Shown: in pieces, positions 23,193 through 31,356 of the stretch | How positions within the stretch are numbered: the first letter of the stretch is position 1 | Layout of the letters: every line of letters starts with the position of its first letter | Assembly: GCA_017383785.1 (NCBI GenBank) | Contig: JAFNVD010000117.1 | Coordinates: forward strand, 1 to 31,356 | Direction: 5' to 3' | Length of the DNA: 31,356 bases | Source: Peptococcaceae bacterium | GTDB taxonomy: Bacteria > Bacillota > Peptococcia > Peptococcales > Peptococcaceae | Made by a program: the position numbers and the translations under genes | Notes under the pieces: generated by a model | Seen by the model: only the letters and a program-made list of their open reading frames with translations | The model's database searches: none | Told to the model about the DNA's origin: nothing

Positions 23193-24446
23193 ATGAATTA
23201 TCAGGAATGTATCGCTTATCTGGAAAATGTATGTCCGCGCGGGTCTTCAGGCGGCAAGGAACGCACTGCGATTATGGCTGAGCTTATGGGCAATCCGCAG
23301 GATACGCTGTCGATTATTCATGTGGCGGGGACGAATGGAAAGGGGTCTACCTCTGCCGTTATCGAGTCTATTTTGCGTCATGCAGGATACAAGGTGGGGC
23401 TTTTTACTTCCCCTCATTTAGAACGTTATGAAGAACGTATTCAAATCAATCGTCAGCCTATTCCGGAGGCAGAGTTTACGGCTATTATGAGCCATTTGAT
23501 AGAGGATGTGATTCCTAAAGCCATGGCTGATGGTATGAGCCATCCGGGAGCGTTTGGCCTTTTGACATTGGCTGCATTTCAGTATTTTGCAGGGAAAACA
23601 GATTTTGTAGTGCTGGAGGTAGGTTTAGGCGGATGGCTGGATCCTACCAATATTATCGCATCTCCTGTGCTTAGTGTAATTACCCCGTTAAGCCTAGAGC
23701 ATTGTCATATTCTTGGCGATACCATTGAGCAGATTGCCAAAGAAAAAGCGGGGATTATCAAACCGGGTATTCCAGCTATTACTGCTCCGCAAGAGGAACG
23801 TGCTCTGGCAGTGCTCAAGGTAGATGCATTAGAAAAACAATCTCCTTTAGTATGTTTGTACAAAGATACATTAAAACCTGTGACTACCAACTTAGTAGGG
23901 AACTATCAACAGATGAACTGCAACACTGCTTTGGCAGCGGTGCAGAATTTAATAGAGCGTGGCGTGGTACAGGTGAGTGATCAGCAAATAGCCGATGCAT
24001 TGTGTCATGTATCATGGCCAGGCAGAATGGAATATTTCGCTTTAGGCGAGGGAAAAGCTATTTTGTTGGATGGTGCACATAACCCTGCAGGGATTACCGG
24101 CTTAGCAGAAAATCTGCGTGACTTGTACAGTGATAGAGAGATTATTTTATTCTTGTCTATTCTAGATGACAAGGAGCAGGTGACTATGCTCAAAGAAATT
24201 TTGCCACAGGCTTCCGCTGTAGTACTTACACGGCCAGAGCATGATGACCGTGCACAGCACTGGATGCAGATTGAGCAATATATTCATGAGATTGCACCGA
24301 ACTGTCCATGCAGAATGTATGACAACGACAAAGCAGGTTTAAAACAGGAAGTAGAGCGATTGCAGGAAGGGCAGATGCTATGTGTGACAGGATCGTTGTA
24401 TTTGATTAGCGATTGTCGTTCGTATTTATTGCGTGAATTATTATAA
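23193..24446 (+). CDS. folC: Folylpolyglutamate synthase/dihydrofolate synthase
   Basis: Start at ATG 23193. IHVAGTNGKGS, GLFTSPHL, EVGLGG.LD.TN, IAKEKAGIIK, WPGRME, LDGAHNPAG, GSLYL. Confidence 0.92.
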   Translation: MNYQECIAYLENVCPRGSSGGKERTAIMAELMGNPQDTLSIIHVAGTNGKGSTSAVIESILRHAGYKVGLFTSPHLERYEERIQINRQPIPEAEFTAIMSHLIEDVIPKAMADGMSHPGAFGLLTLAAFQYFAGKTDFVVLEVGLGGWLDPTNIIASPVLSVITPLSLEHCHILGDTIEQIAKEKAGIIKPGIPAITAPQEERALAVLKVDALEKQSPLVCLYKDTLKPVTTNLVGNYQQMNCNTALAAVQNLIERGVVQVSDQQIADALCHVSWPGRMEYFALGEGKAILLDGAHNPAGITGLAENLRDLYSDREIILFLSILDDKEQVTMLKEILPQASAVVLTRPEHDDRAQHWMQIEQYIHEIAPNCPCRMYDNDKAGLKQEVERLQEGQMLCVTGSLYLISDCRSYLLRELL

Positions 24447-24533
24447 CAGATAGGCTCGTTGTGAAGTTATTCTATTGTTGTTGACCAAAGCATATGCATA
24501 TAGTAATGAAGCGGAAAGGTGGACAACTGCTAT

Positions 24534-25340
24534 ATGCGTAGGTTGAAGCAATGGGGAATGCTCTTTTGGGTGATGATATTAGCCATGGTGTTTGTACAAG
24601 CTGCGGGAAGCTATGTAGCAAAAGAACTCAATCGTTTAGAGCCAACAGAACATCAATCAGAGCTATATATCCAAGAGAAAGTAGTAAAACAAAATGTCTT
24701 AAAACTGACACCTCGAGAATATTATACGGTGCAAATCGGTTCATACCCAGATATAACAGATGGTCAAGCGGTTGTGGATGCACTTGCGATATTGGGATAT
24801 CGTGTATTTGTTTCCGACGGACCGCCGTATCAGCTATGGCTGGGCTGTCTAGGTGCGGCACCTGACTCGAAGGCTTTGCCTAATGAAATAATTGCCATAG
24901 GCAGTGATATTTTTGTGCAGAAACAAATTCTCAATCAGCTGAATTTTCAGTTTCCGGCTGAGGACACTACTCAATGGCAGGATGTGGCTGTGTTGATTGC
25001 CAGTTTGGATGTGGTGATTGGTCATTCGCTGCAGATGTTTCAGGATTACCGGTATGAGGCATGCAGTGTAGACAACTGGAATAGTATGATTCATCAAGTG
25101 CAAGAGGAGTTGGCCTTGATAGCATCTTCTGGAGACAGAGTGCTTGGATATATGAAAGAAGAACAGTCGGCAGGGATGCTTCTGGATATCTTGACTGTAA
25201 TCAATCGGTATCATGAAAGTCTTGGTCTGATTGAGGAAAAGCAGTCTACTAAAGTTGTACTTCTTGCACAGAGTTGTCTTATGGAATTGATCGATTGTTA
25301 TCATGATTTTATTCAGCAAAACAGCGTAAATAATGAATAA
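24534..25340 (+). CDS. Single-pass membrane protein with a SPOR-like domain
   Basis: Probable start ATG 24534 (GTG 24519 lies inside the RBS). N-terminal TM; YYTVQIGSY...Q.VVD.L...GYRVFV...PYQLWLG resembles a SPOR repeat; helical C-terminus. Confidence 0.6.
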   Translation: MRRLKQWGMLFWVMILAMVFVQAAGSYVAKELNRLEPTEHQSELYIQEKVVKQNVLKLTPREYYTVQIGSYPDITDGQAVVDALAILGYRVFVSDGPPYQLWLGCLGAAPDSKALPNEIIAIGSDIFVQKQILNQLNFQFPAEDTTQWQDVAVLIASLDVVIGHSLQMFQDYRYEACSVDNWNSMIHQVQEELALIASSGDRVLGYMKEEQSAGMLLDILTVINRYHESLGLIEEKQSTKVVLLAQSCLMELIDCYHDFIQQNSVNNE

Positions 25341-25378
25341 CGAAAAAAGTGTTTATGTATTTGAGTATCGATACCCTA

Positions 25379-25407
25379 TTGATTATTTGTTAAAAAATAG
25401 ATATAAT
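25379..25407 (+). promoter_or_regulatory. sigmaA-type promoter of rex
   Basis: TTGATT (25379-25384), 17 bp, TATAAT (25402-25407). Confidence 0.7.
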
Positions 25408-25452
25408 ATGGTGTCGGAATAGTTTTGCAGTATTATCAAAGGAGTGTTTTTC

Positions 25453-26103
25453 TTGAAAGAATTTAAAATACCAGAAGCAACAGTCAGCCGTTTATCAGTT
25501 TATTCTAGATATTTGACTGAAGTAGAAAAACAGCATATTGTCAGCATTTCCTCTGGTGAAATTGCAGAAGGTATGGGTGGCACTCCGGCGCAGGTGAGAA
25601 AAGATCTTGCGTATTTTGGTGAATTTGGCACACGTGGTGTTGGGTACAATGTAAAACAGTTGAATCAGGAAATCAAAAATATTTTAGGTTTGTCTAAAAA
25701 ATGGAATATGATTTTGATTGGTGCAGGTAATTTAGGTTCTGCACTGAGCCAGTATCACGGTTTCCGTGAACGTGGTTTTGAAATCAAAGGGATTTTTGAC
25801 AATGACTTAAATAAAGTAGGGCTCATGCTTAATGGGTTACCGATTTATCCAATCAATGAAATGGCAGATTATATCGAAGCTAATGGTATCAGTATTGCAA
25901 TCATTGCAGTACCGGGCGACTATGCACAGGATGTGGCAGATATACTGGTAGAAACTCCAATCAAAGGCATTCTGAACTTTGCACCGGTGGTATTGACTGT
26001 GCCTGATGAAGTAGAAGTACGCAATGTAGATTTGAGTGTAAACTTGGAAGTGCTGAGCTATAATATCGAGAATAATCTGGATACTATGCCAGAAGAAGAA
26101 TAA
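25453..26103 (+). CDS. rex: Redox-sensing transcriptional repressor Rex
   Basis: TTG start 8 nt after GGAG. IPEATVSRL..Y.RYL, QVRKDLAYFGEFGTRGVGYNV, Rossmann LIGAGNLG.AL, GILNFAP. Confidence 0.97.
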   Translation: MKEFKIPEATVSRLSVYSRYLTEVEKQHIVSISSGEIAEGMGGTPAQVRKDLAYFGEFGTRGVGYNVKQLNQEIKNILGLSKKWNMILIGAGNLGSALSQYHGFRERGFEIKGIFDNDLNKVGLMLNGLPIYPINEMADYIEANGISIAIIAVPGDYAQDVADILVETPIKGILNFAPVVLTVPDEVEVRNVDLSVNLEVLSYNIENNLDTMPEEE

Positions 26104-26121
26104 TATTTTCATAACGATTTT

Positions 26122-26157
26122 ACAGCTTGTCGGTGGATGCCGGCAGGCTGTTTTTGT
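26122..26157 (+). terminator. Intrinsic terminator after rex
   Basis: ACAGCTTGTCGG-TGGATG-CCGGCAGGCTGT (12 bp, two G-U pairs) followed by TTTTGTT. Confidence 0.78.
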
Positions 26158-26294
26158 TATGTTTTGATTATACTAGTCAGTTGTGATTTTTTTGTTAAGA
26201 ACATAGATTATTACTTGTTTCTAAGTGGCTATAATGGTATTATAAAGTGATATGGAATTGACTTGTTTTTGCATGTTAGAAAGGATTTTTCGAT

Positions 26295-26894
26295 ATGAAA
26301 TTGATTTTGGCTTCGGCTTCTCCGAGACGTCGCGAACTGTTGACACAAGTAGGCGTTAGCTTTGTAATTGAAGTGAGTGATGTCGAGGAAGTGCTGGATG
26401 ATACATTGTCTCCGGAGCTGCAGGTACAATCTTTGGCATTGCAGAAAGCACAGGCAGTAGCGGCGCAGCACAAGGATGGTTTGGTGCTGGGAGCGGATAC
26501 TGTAGTGGTCGATGCGGGCAGCCTTTTGGGCAAACCGCAGAATACAGAAGAGGCTGCGGAAATGCTGCGAAGCTTGTCGGGTAAGTGGCATCAGGTGATG
26601 ACCGCGGTGGCACTGGTAGATGCCAATGATACAAAACATGAATGGACGTCTGTAGAAATTACCAATGTAAAATTTCGCGATTTAACAGAAGATGATATCG
26701 CAGCCTATGTGGCAACAGGGGAATCTATGGACAAAGCAGGTGCGTATGGCATCCAAGGTTATGGAGCGCTTTTGGTAGAGCGTATTGAAGGATGCTATAA
26801 CAATGTAGTGGGATTACCTCTGCAGCTAGTAGCCAAAGGGCTGCGTAACTGGGGGATTAATCTATATGAGTATAAAGAAGTGCAAACTCAATGA
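26295..26894 (+). CDS. maf: Maf/YhdE-family nucleoside triphosphate pyrophosphatase
   Basis: LILASASPRRRELL, VLGADTVVV, LGKP, DKAGAYGIQG, NVVGLP. Confidence 0.95.
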   Translation: MKLILASASPRRRELLTQVGVSFVIEVSDVEEVLDDTLSPELQVQSLALQKAQAVAAQHKDGLVLGADTVVVDAGSLLGKPQNTEEAAEMLRSLSGKWHQVMTAVALVDANDTKHEWTSVEITNVKFRDLTEDDIAAYVATGESMDKAGAYGIQGYGALLVERIEGCYNNVVGLPLQLVAKGLRNWGINLYEYKEVQTQ

Positions 26895-27555
26895 CTATCC
26901 GGAACAACTGCGTCCAAGAGAACGGATGGCATTGCTGGGAGCAGATAAATTAACCGATGTGGAGCTTTTGGCTATTTTAATTTCCACAGGAAATAAAGAA
27001 ACTAATGTGCTGGAATTGGCGTCTCATATTTTGCAGGCGCATAAAGGAATTACAGGACTTCAGAATTTGACACTTGCAGAACTGACACAGGAGAAAGGTG
27101 TTGGAAAAGCGAAGGCTACCACCATACTGGCAGCGGTGGAGCTTGGCAAGCGTGTGCACAACAGTACAGTGGCATACCGTCCTGTGATTAATGGATCGTC
27201 TGATGCAGGTGTATTATTGGAGAGCCGTATGCGCCATTTAGACCGTGAACATTTTTGTGTGGTTCTTTTGAGTGCAAACAATGCTGTGATTGGCATTGAA
27301 ACCATTTCTATCGGTACATTGACCAATACGCAGGTACATCCTCGGGAAGTATTTAAACAGGCGATTCGTCAAAGTGCTTCCGGTGTGATATTGGCGCATA
27401 ATCATCCAAGTGGAGACAGTGTGCCGAGTGATGAGGATTTGTATTTGACAGAGCGATTGGTGGAAGCCGGACAGATTATAGGAATTCATGTGATAGATCA
27501 CATCATTGTTGGAGAAGATAGTTATTATAGTTTTCGTGATAACGAGCTACTGTAG
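26866..27555 (+). CDS. radC: RadC (JAB/MPN domain) protein
   Basis: PRER, ELLAILI.TG, GVGKAKA...AAVELGKR, VHPREVF, HNHPSGD..PS.ED, DHIIVG; overlaps the maf 3' end by 29 nt. Confidence 0.95.
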   Translation: MSIKKCKLNDYPEQLRPRERMALLGADKLTDVELLAILISTGNKETNVLELASHILQAHKGITGLQNLTLAELTQEKGVGKAKATTILAAVELGKRVHNSTVAYRPVINGSSDAGVLLESRMRHLDREHFCVVLLSANNAVIGIETISIGTLTNTQVHPREVFKQAIRQSASGVILAHNHPSGDSVPSDEDLYLTERLVEAGQIIGIHVIDHIIVGEDSYYSFRDNELL

Positions 27556-27625
27556 TGTATCGATACTGCAGTGGTGTTAGAGTAAATGTGTTGTTGTGGT
27601 TGTGTAATAGAGAGGGGTTATTACT

Positions 27626-28648
27626 ATGGCAAGAGAAATTGCGATTGATTTGGGTACAGCCAACAGTCTGGTATATGAAAAAGGCAAAGGGATTGTGATT
27701 AGAGAACCATCTGTAGTTGCAATTGATAAAAAGACCAATAAAGTGCTGGCAGTAGGGGAAGAAGCAAAGCAAATGATTGGTCGTACACCTGGCAATATTG
27801 TGGCGATTAAACCGTTGCAGGACGGGTTTATTGCTGATTTTGATGTATGTGCAAGTATGCTGAAATACTTTTTCAACAAAACACTGGGGACCATCGGTAT
27901 GTTTTCTAAGCCAAGAGTCATTGTATGTGTACCGGCAGGCACTACTTCCGTAGAAGAACGTGCAGTGCGTCAGTCTACTATGCAAGCCGGGGCGAAAGAA
28001 GTGCATATCATGGAAGAACCAATGGCAGCAGCTATCGGTGCGGGGTTGCCTGTTGCAGATCCGATCGGCAGTATGATTGTAGATATCGGTGGCGGTACAA
28101 CAGACGTAGCCGTGATTTCTCTGGGTGGTGTGGTGACCAGCCAGTCCATTCGTGTGGGTGGCGATAAAATGGATGATGCCATTGTGAATTTTGTAAAAAA
28201 ACAGCACAACCTGCTGATTGGGGAACGTACAGCAGAAGAAATCAAAAAAGCTATCGGGACAGTATATATTCATCCTGATGATACACCAAAAACATACAAT
28301 ATCAACGGTCGTGACTTGATAACAGGGCTGCCAAAACAGGTGGAAGTAGCCGATTATGAAATTCATCAGGCGTTTAAAGAGTTAATGGATTCTATTTTGG
28401 ATTCCATCAAAAACTGCCTTGAAAAAACTCCGCCGGAACTGGCAGGCGACATTATTCAGAACGGTATTGTGCTGGCAGGCGGCGGTTCCTTGGTGCGTGG
28501 TATGGATACCTTGATTTCAGAAAGAACAGGCATTCCTGTAATTTATGCAGAAGATCCGCTGAGCAGTATTGTACTGGGTGCAGGGAAAGCGTTAGAGAAT
28601 ATTGATTTGTTGAGTAAAGTGGAGTATGGTCACAAAATCAGCAGATAA
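27626..28648 (+). CDS. mreB: Rod shape-determining actin homolog MreB
   Basis: IDLGTAN, EPSVVA, RTPGNI, EEPMAAAIGAG, VDIGGGTTDVAVISLGG, LAGGGSL. Confidence 0.97.
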   Translation: MAREIAIDLGTANSLVYEKGKGIVIREPSVVAIDKKTNKVLAVGEEAKQMIGRTPGNIVAIKPLQDGFIADFDVCASMLKYFFNKTLGTIGMFSKPRVIVCVPAGTTSVEERAVRQSTMQAGAKEVHIMEEPMAAAIGAGLPVADPIGSMIVDIGGGTTDVAVISLGGVVTSQSIRVGGDKMDDAIVNFVKKQHNLLIGERTAEEIKKAIGTVYIHPDDTPKTYNINGRDLITGLPKQVEVADYEIHQAFKELMDSILDSIKNCLEKTPPELAGDIIQNGIVLAGGGSLVRGMDTLISERTGIPVIYAEDPLSSIVLGAGKALENIDLLSKVEYGHKISR

Positions 28649-28656
28649 TGGAGTAG

Positions 28657-29508
28657 ATGAGCATGTTCAATAATAAAAAATTGCGGATTGCAGCTGCTCT
28701 GATGGTTCTTTTGATTGGTTTGCTTGCACTTGCAGGCAATACAGTACAGGTACGGGAAAATCCAACCATTCTGGAAAAAGGACTTCGCATCGTGGCGAGT
28801 CCTTTTCAGAATGGATTTCATGCAATCAGCAATGTTTTTGATGGTATTGGCGTATATTTTGCTGATAAAAAAACATTGGAAGAAGAAAATTTCAAATTGC
28901 AGCAAGAGTTGGATGCGTTGCAGTACCAGATTATGCGACTAGAAGAAACTGAGCTTGAAAATATGCGCCTGAAAGAACTGCTCGGCTACAAAGATGCCAA
29001 CAAAGCGGTGTATCAGCTGCAGTTAGCAGAAACAATTGCGAAAAAAAATAATAATCTGCAATATATGATCACCATCAACAAAGGCAGTGATGATGGTGTC
29101 AAGGCAGGCATGACAGTAATGAACCATTACGGTTTGATTGGTCGAGTGTCTTCAGTGCTTTCCTCTAGCAGTGAAGTGTTATTGCTGCCTGACCATGAGA
29201 GTGCAGTAGGTGCTAGAGTAAAAAGTACCCGAGAAGCATTAGGGGTAGTAAAAGGGGACGGTACCAGTACCGGCAACCTTCATATGGTGCATTTACAACA
29301 TGATGCAGAAATTGCAGAAGGTGATGTAATTATTACTTCAGGTTTGGATACCGTATATCCGGAAGGAATTCCAATCGGCATAGTGACCAGTATTGGCGAT
29401 GATGCCAACGGCTTGACAAAGACAGCGTATATCGCACCGTATGTAAATTTTTTGCAGTTGGAAGAAGTATTTATATTGATGAATAGCGGAGGGGGTAGCG
29501 GACGGTGA
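28657..29508 (+). CDS. mreC: Rod shape-determining protein MreC
   Basis: N-terminal TM, coiled coil LEEENFKLQQE...ENMRLKELL, TINKGS.DG...GM.V....GLIGRV, GDVIITSGLD..YPEGIPIG.V; follows mreB. Confidence 0.95.
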   Translation: MSMFNNKKLRIAAALMVLLIGLLALAGNTVQVRENPTILEKGLRIVASPFQNGFHAISNVFDGIGVYFADKKTLEEENFKLQQELDALQYQIMRLEETELENMRLKELLGYKDANKAVYQLQLAETIAKKNNNLQYMITINKGSDDGVKAGMTVMNHYGLIGRVSSVLSSSSEVLLLPDHESAVGARVKSTREALGVVKGDGTSTGNLHMVHLQHDAEIAEGDVIITSGLDTVYPEGIPIGIVTSIGDDANGLTKTAYIAPYVNFLQLEEVFILMNSGGGSGR

Positions 29509-29990
29509 AATATGCGCTCCTTGTATTCTCCGCATTTATTGGCATAGTATTGCAAGATACTGTATTTAATGCCATTTCTATTGCCGAAGGCAAACCGGAT
29601 ATTGTTTTAATCCTGGTGGTATTTTATGCATTGTTCCATGGGCACATTCATGGCGGCCTTTTAGGTGTGGCATTTGGCTTGATGGAAGATTTGATGACCG
29701 GTCGATTTATTGGCTTGAATGCCATTTGTAAAGGGTTAACAGGGTTTATCGTAGGGCTTATGTCAGAGCGTTTGTACAAAAACAATTTTTCAATCCCTGT
29801 AATCACTGTATTTGTCGCAACCTTTTTGCATGGTATTATTTATGTCTGTTGTGGCGCAGTGATTGGGTTAAACCTGGAAGGTATCAGATTGATGATGGTA
29901 TCCATTGCTGACGCTGTGTATAATATTGTGTTTAGCCCGTTTTTCTATGCGGCGTTTTATCATTTTTACACATTGAACAAAGAGGAATAG
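29505..29990 (+). CDS. mreD: Rod shape-determining protein MreD
   Basis: Hydrophobic throughout, KPDIVLILV, FGLMEDL..GR.IGL; GTGA overlap with mreC. Confidence 0.93.
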   Translation: MKYALLVFSAFIGIVLQDTVFNAISIAEGKPDIVLILVVFYALFHGHIHGGLLGVAFGLMEDLMTGRFIGLNAICKGLTGFIVGLMSERLYKNNFSIPVITVFVATFLHGIIYVCCGAVIGLNLEGIRLMMVSIADAVYNIVFSPFFYAAFYHFYTLNKEE

Positions 29991-30047
29991 TTTGGTGTTG
30001 TTTTTTGTGTAATTGTATTGTAGAACTTTAGCGAGAAAGGAGTGAAT

Positions 30048-31356
30048 GTGTTGCAGGATCGAGAGCGCAGTCAGGTGGAAAAGCTTACCGGCATGTATAC
30101 GGTAGCGGTGATGCTTGTGATTGGTATTTTGCTTGCCAAGCTTGGCTGGATGCAGCTGGTGGAAAATGAATATTACGCATCCCGTGCAGATGCACAGCGG
30201 AGTCGTTTGCTGACCATTACTGCAGCACGTGGTGACATTTCCACCAGCGATGGTGTGGTGTTGGTAACCGATCACTCCAGCTATCAGGTAACCATAGATT
30301 ATCTGGCTGTTAGAGAAAACGGAAAATATAAAGAAGATGTCATCAGTCGTTTGTCTGAACTTTTGGGTGATGAACAAATGACACCGGAAAAAATTATCGA
30401 AATTTGTGATGCCAATCGAGGATATTTGTATAAACCGATTGTCATCAAAAAAAACTTGGATATTGCAGCGGTAAGTCGTATTGAAGCGCATCGTGACGTA
30501 CTTCCGGGAGTAAATATTGAGTCGGTACCGGACCGTACTTATATGCATGGCACATTGGCAAGTCATGTACTTGGTTATATCGGGTTGGTAAACCAGGATG
30601 AGTTGGATGCACAGACAGATGCTCAAAATGCCGGTGATGAAAATGCCACCAACTATAAAATGGGGGATTATGTAGGCAAAGTAGGCGTAGAAAAGCAATA
30701 TGATGCGTATTTACGCGGTGTGAATGGATATCGTGAGGTAGAAGTAAATGCTGCCGGGCGTCCTGTAGCAGATGTGCAAACCGTAGACCCTAAAAATGGA
30801 GAAAGCCTGGTGCTGACCATTGATTATGATTTACAGTTGGCATTAGAAACTGCCATGGACGATACAATCAAACGATTACAGTCTCAGGCCAGATCGGACA
30901 AGGCCGGTGCCGGGGCTGCGGTTTTATTGGATGTAAATACCGGGAAAGTATTGGCCATGGTAAGCCGTCCGGATGACAATATTACGCAGCAAAACAGAGC
31001 TATTCAAGGTCGTTATCTGCCGGGTTCTACTTTTAAACCGGTAACCGCGGTGGCGGCGCTGGAAAGCGGTGTCATCACCGATACAGAGAAAATTTTCAAC
31101 CCGGGTCGTTACTGGGAAAAACCATATATCAAGACAACAGCTCCAATTGGTTATTACAACTTGTACAATGGTATGGCGTTGTCTGATAACGTATACTTTC
31201 AGGAATTAGGTAATCGTGCCGGCATCGACAATATCGCCAAATATGGTGAGATGCTTGGGTTGGATGGCTCTACCGGCATAGACCTTGCATATGAAAGCAG
31301 CGGTACAAGAGCGACGGAAGGTCTCCCAACTCCGGAAAAACGCGATATGTATCAGC
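30048..31356 (+). CDS. mrdA: Class B penicillin-binding protein 2 (5' part; runs off the window edge)
   Basis: Manual translation from GTG 30048 (or TTG 30051; RBS AAAGGAG): TM with KLGWMQLV, ITAARGDI, R.YMHG.LASHVLGYIG, GKVGVEKQYD..LRG, LTIDYDLQ, SxxK = STFK (31026-31037), SxN = SDN (31182-31190). Confidence 0.94.
   Translation, partial: MLQDRERSQVEKLTGMYTVAVMLVIGILLAKLGWMQLVENEYYASRADAQRSRLLTITAARGDISTSDGVVLVTDHSSYQVTIDYLAVRENGKYKEDVISRLSELLGDEQMTPEKIIEICDANRGYLYKPIVIKKNLDIAAVSRIEAHRDVLPGVNIESVPDRTYMHGTLASHVLGYIGLVNQDELDAQTDAQNAGDENATNYKMGDYVGKVGVEKQYDAYLRGVNGYREVEVNAAGRPVADVQTVDPKNGESLVLTIDYDLQLALETAMDDTIKRLQSQARSDKAGAGAAVLLDVNTGKVLAMVSRPDDNITQQNRAIQGRYLPGSTFKPVTAVAALESGVITDTEKIFNPGRYWEKPYIKTTAPIGYYNLYNGMALSDNVYFQELGNRAGIDNIAKYGEMLGLDGSTGIDLAYESSGTRATEGLPTPEKRDMYQ

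Noticed and set aside
23610-23705. FolC variants GGWLDPTN and SLEH instead of GGRLDATN and DH
   Set aside because: These positions vary among bona fide FolC/FPGS enzymes; all core ATP-binding motifs are intact.
27503-28366. 287-aa antisense ORF over mreB
   Set aside because: Fully opposite a conserved gene; composition typical of a reverse-frame artefact.
29868-30698. 276-aa minus-strand ORF at the right end
   Set aside because: Antisense to mreD/pbp2; the plus frame has clear PBP motifs and was missed by the track only because it is truncated.
1-31356. CRISPR arrays, tRNA/rRNA genes, IS elements, integrases, Sec/Pyl read-through
   Set aside because: No regularly spaced repeats, T-loop/anticodon patterns, transposase motifs or in-frame stops within conserved genes were seen.

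Overview
AT-rich chromosomal window from an endospore-forming anaerobic Bacillota (Clostridia-like; the folC-X-rex-maf-radC-mreBCD-pbp2 order suggests a Peptococcaceae-type organism, which is an inference). It carries housekeeping genes (cca, TrmH methylase, rnpB, nth, thrC, hslO, folC, rex, maf, radC, mreBCD, partial pbp2), three clear sporulation genes (partial spoIVB, sigG, spoIVA) all lacking their usual neighbours, and several orphan or hypothetical ORFs. The strongest signal is a three-gene operon at 7069-10729: a single-chain [FeFe]-hydrogenase with a twin-arginine signal and a lipobox-like Cys, a HybA-like 4x[4Fe-4S] membrane-anchored subunit, and an NrfD/HybB-type membrane subunit. 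This looks like an outward-facing, quinone-coupled H2-uptake complex built on an FeFe rather than a NiFe enzyme, and it is preceded by a leader with mutually exclusive pairings. Other points of interest are a stand-alone sigG with a consensus sigmaF-type promoter, a SPOR-like membrane protein at the spoIIB position, a PG-binding/BsuPI protein just upstream of spoIVA, an orphan PRTase, and a long hairpin at 20172-20255. No tRNA, rRNA, CRISPR array or transposase was seen. All family assignments come from motif recognition by eye; no database search was run. Several starts were moved from the ORF track to the codon best supported by an RBS.
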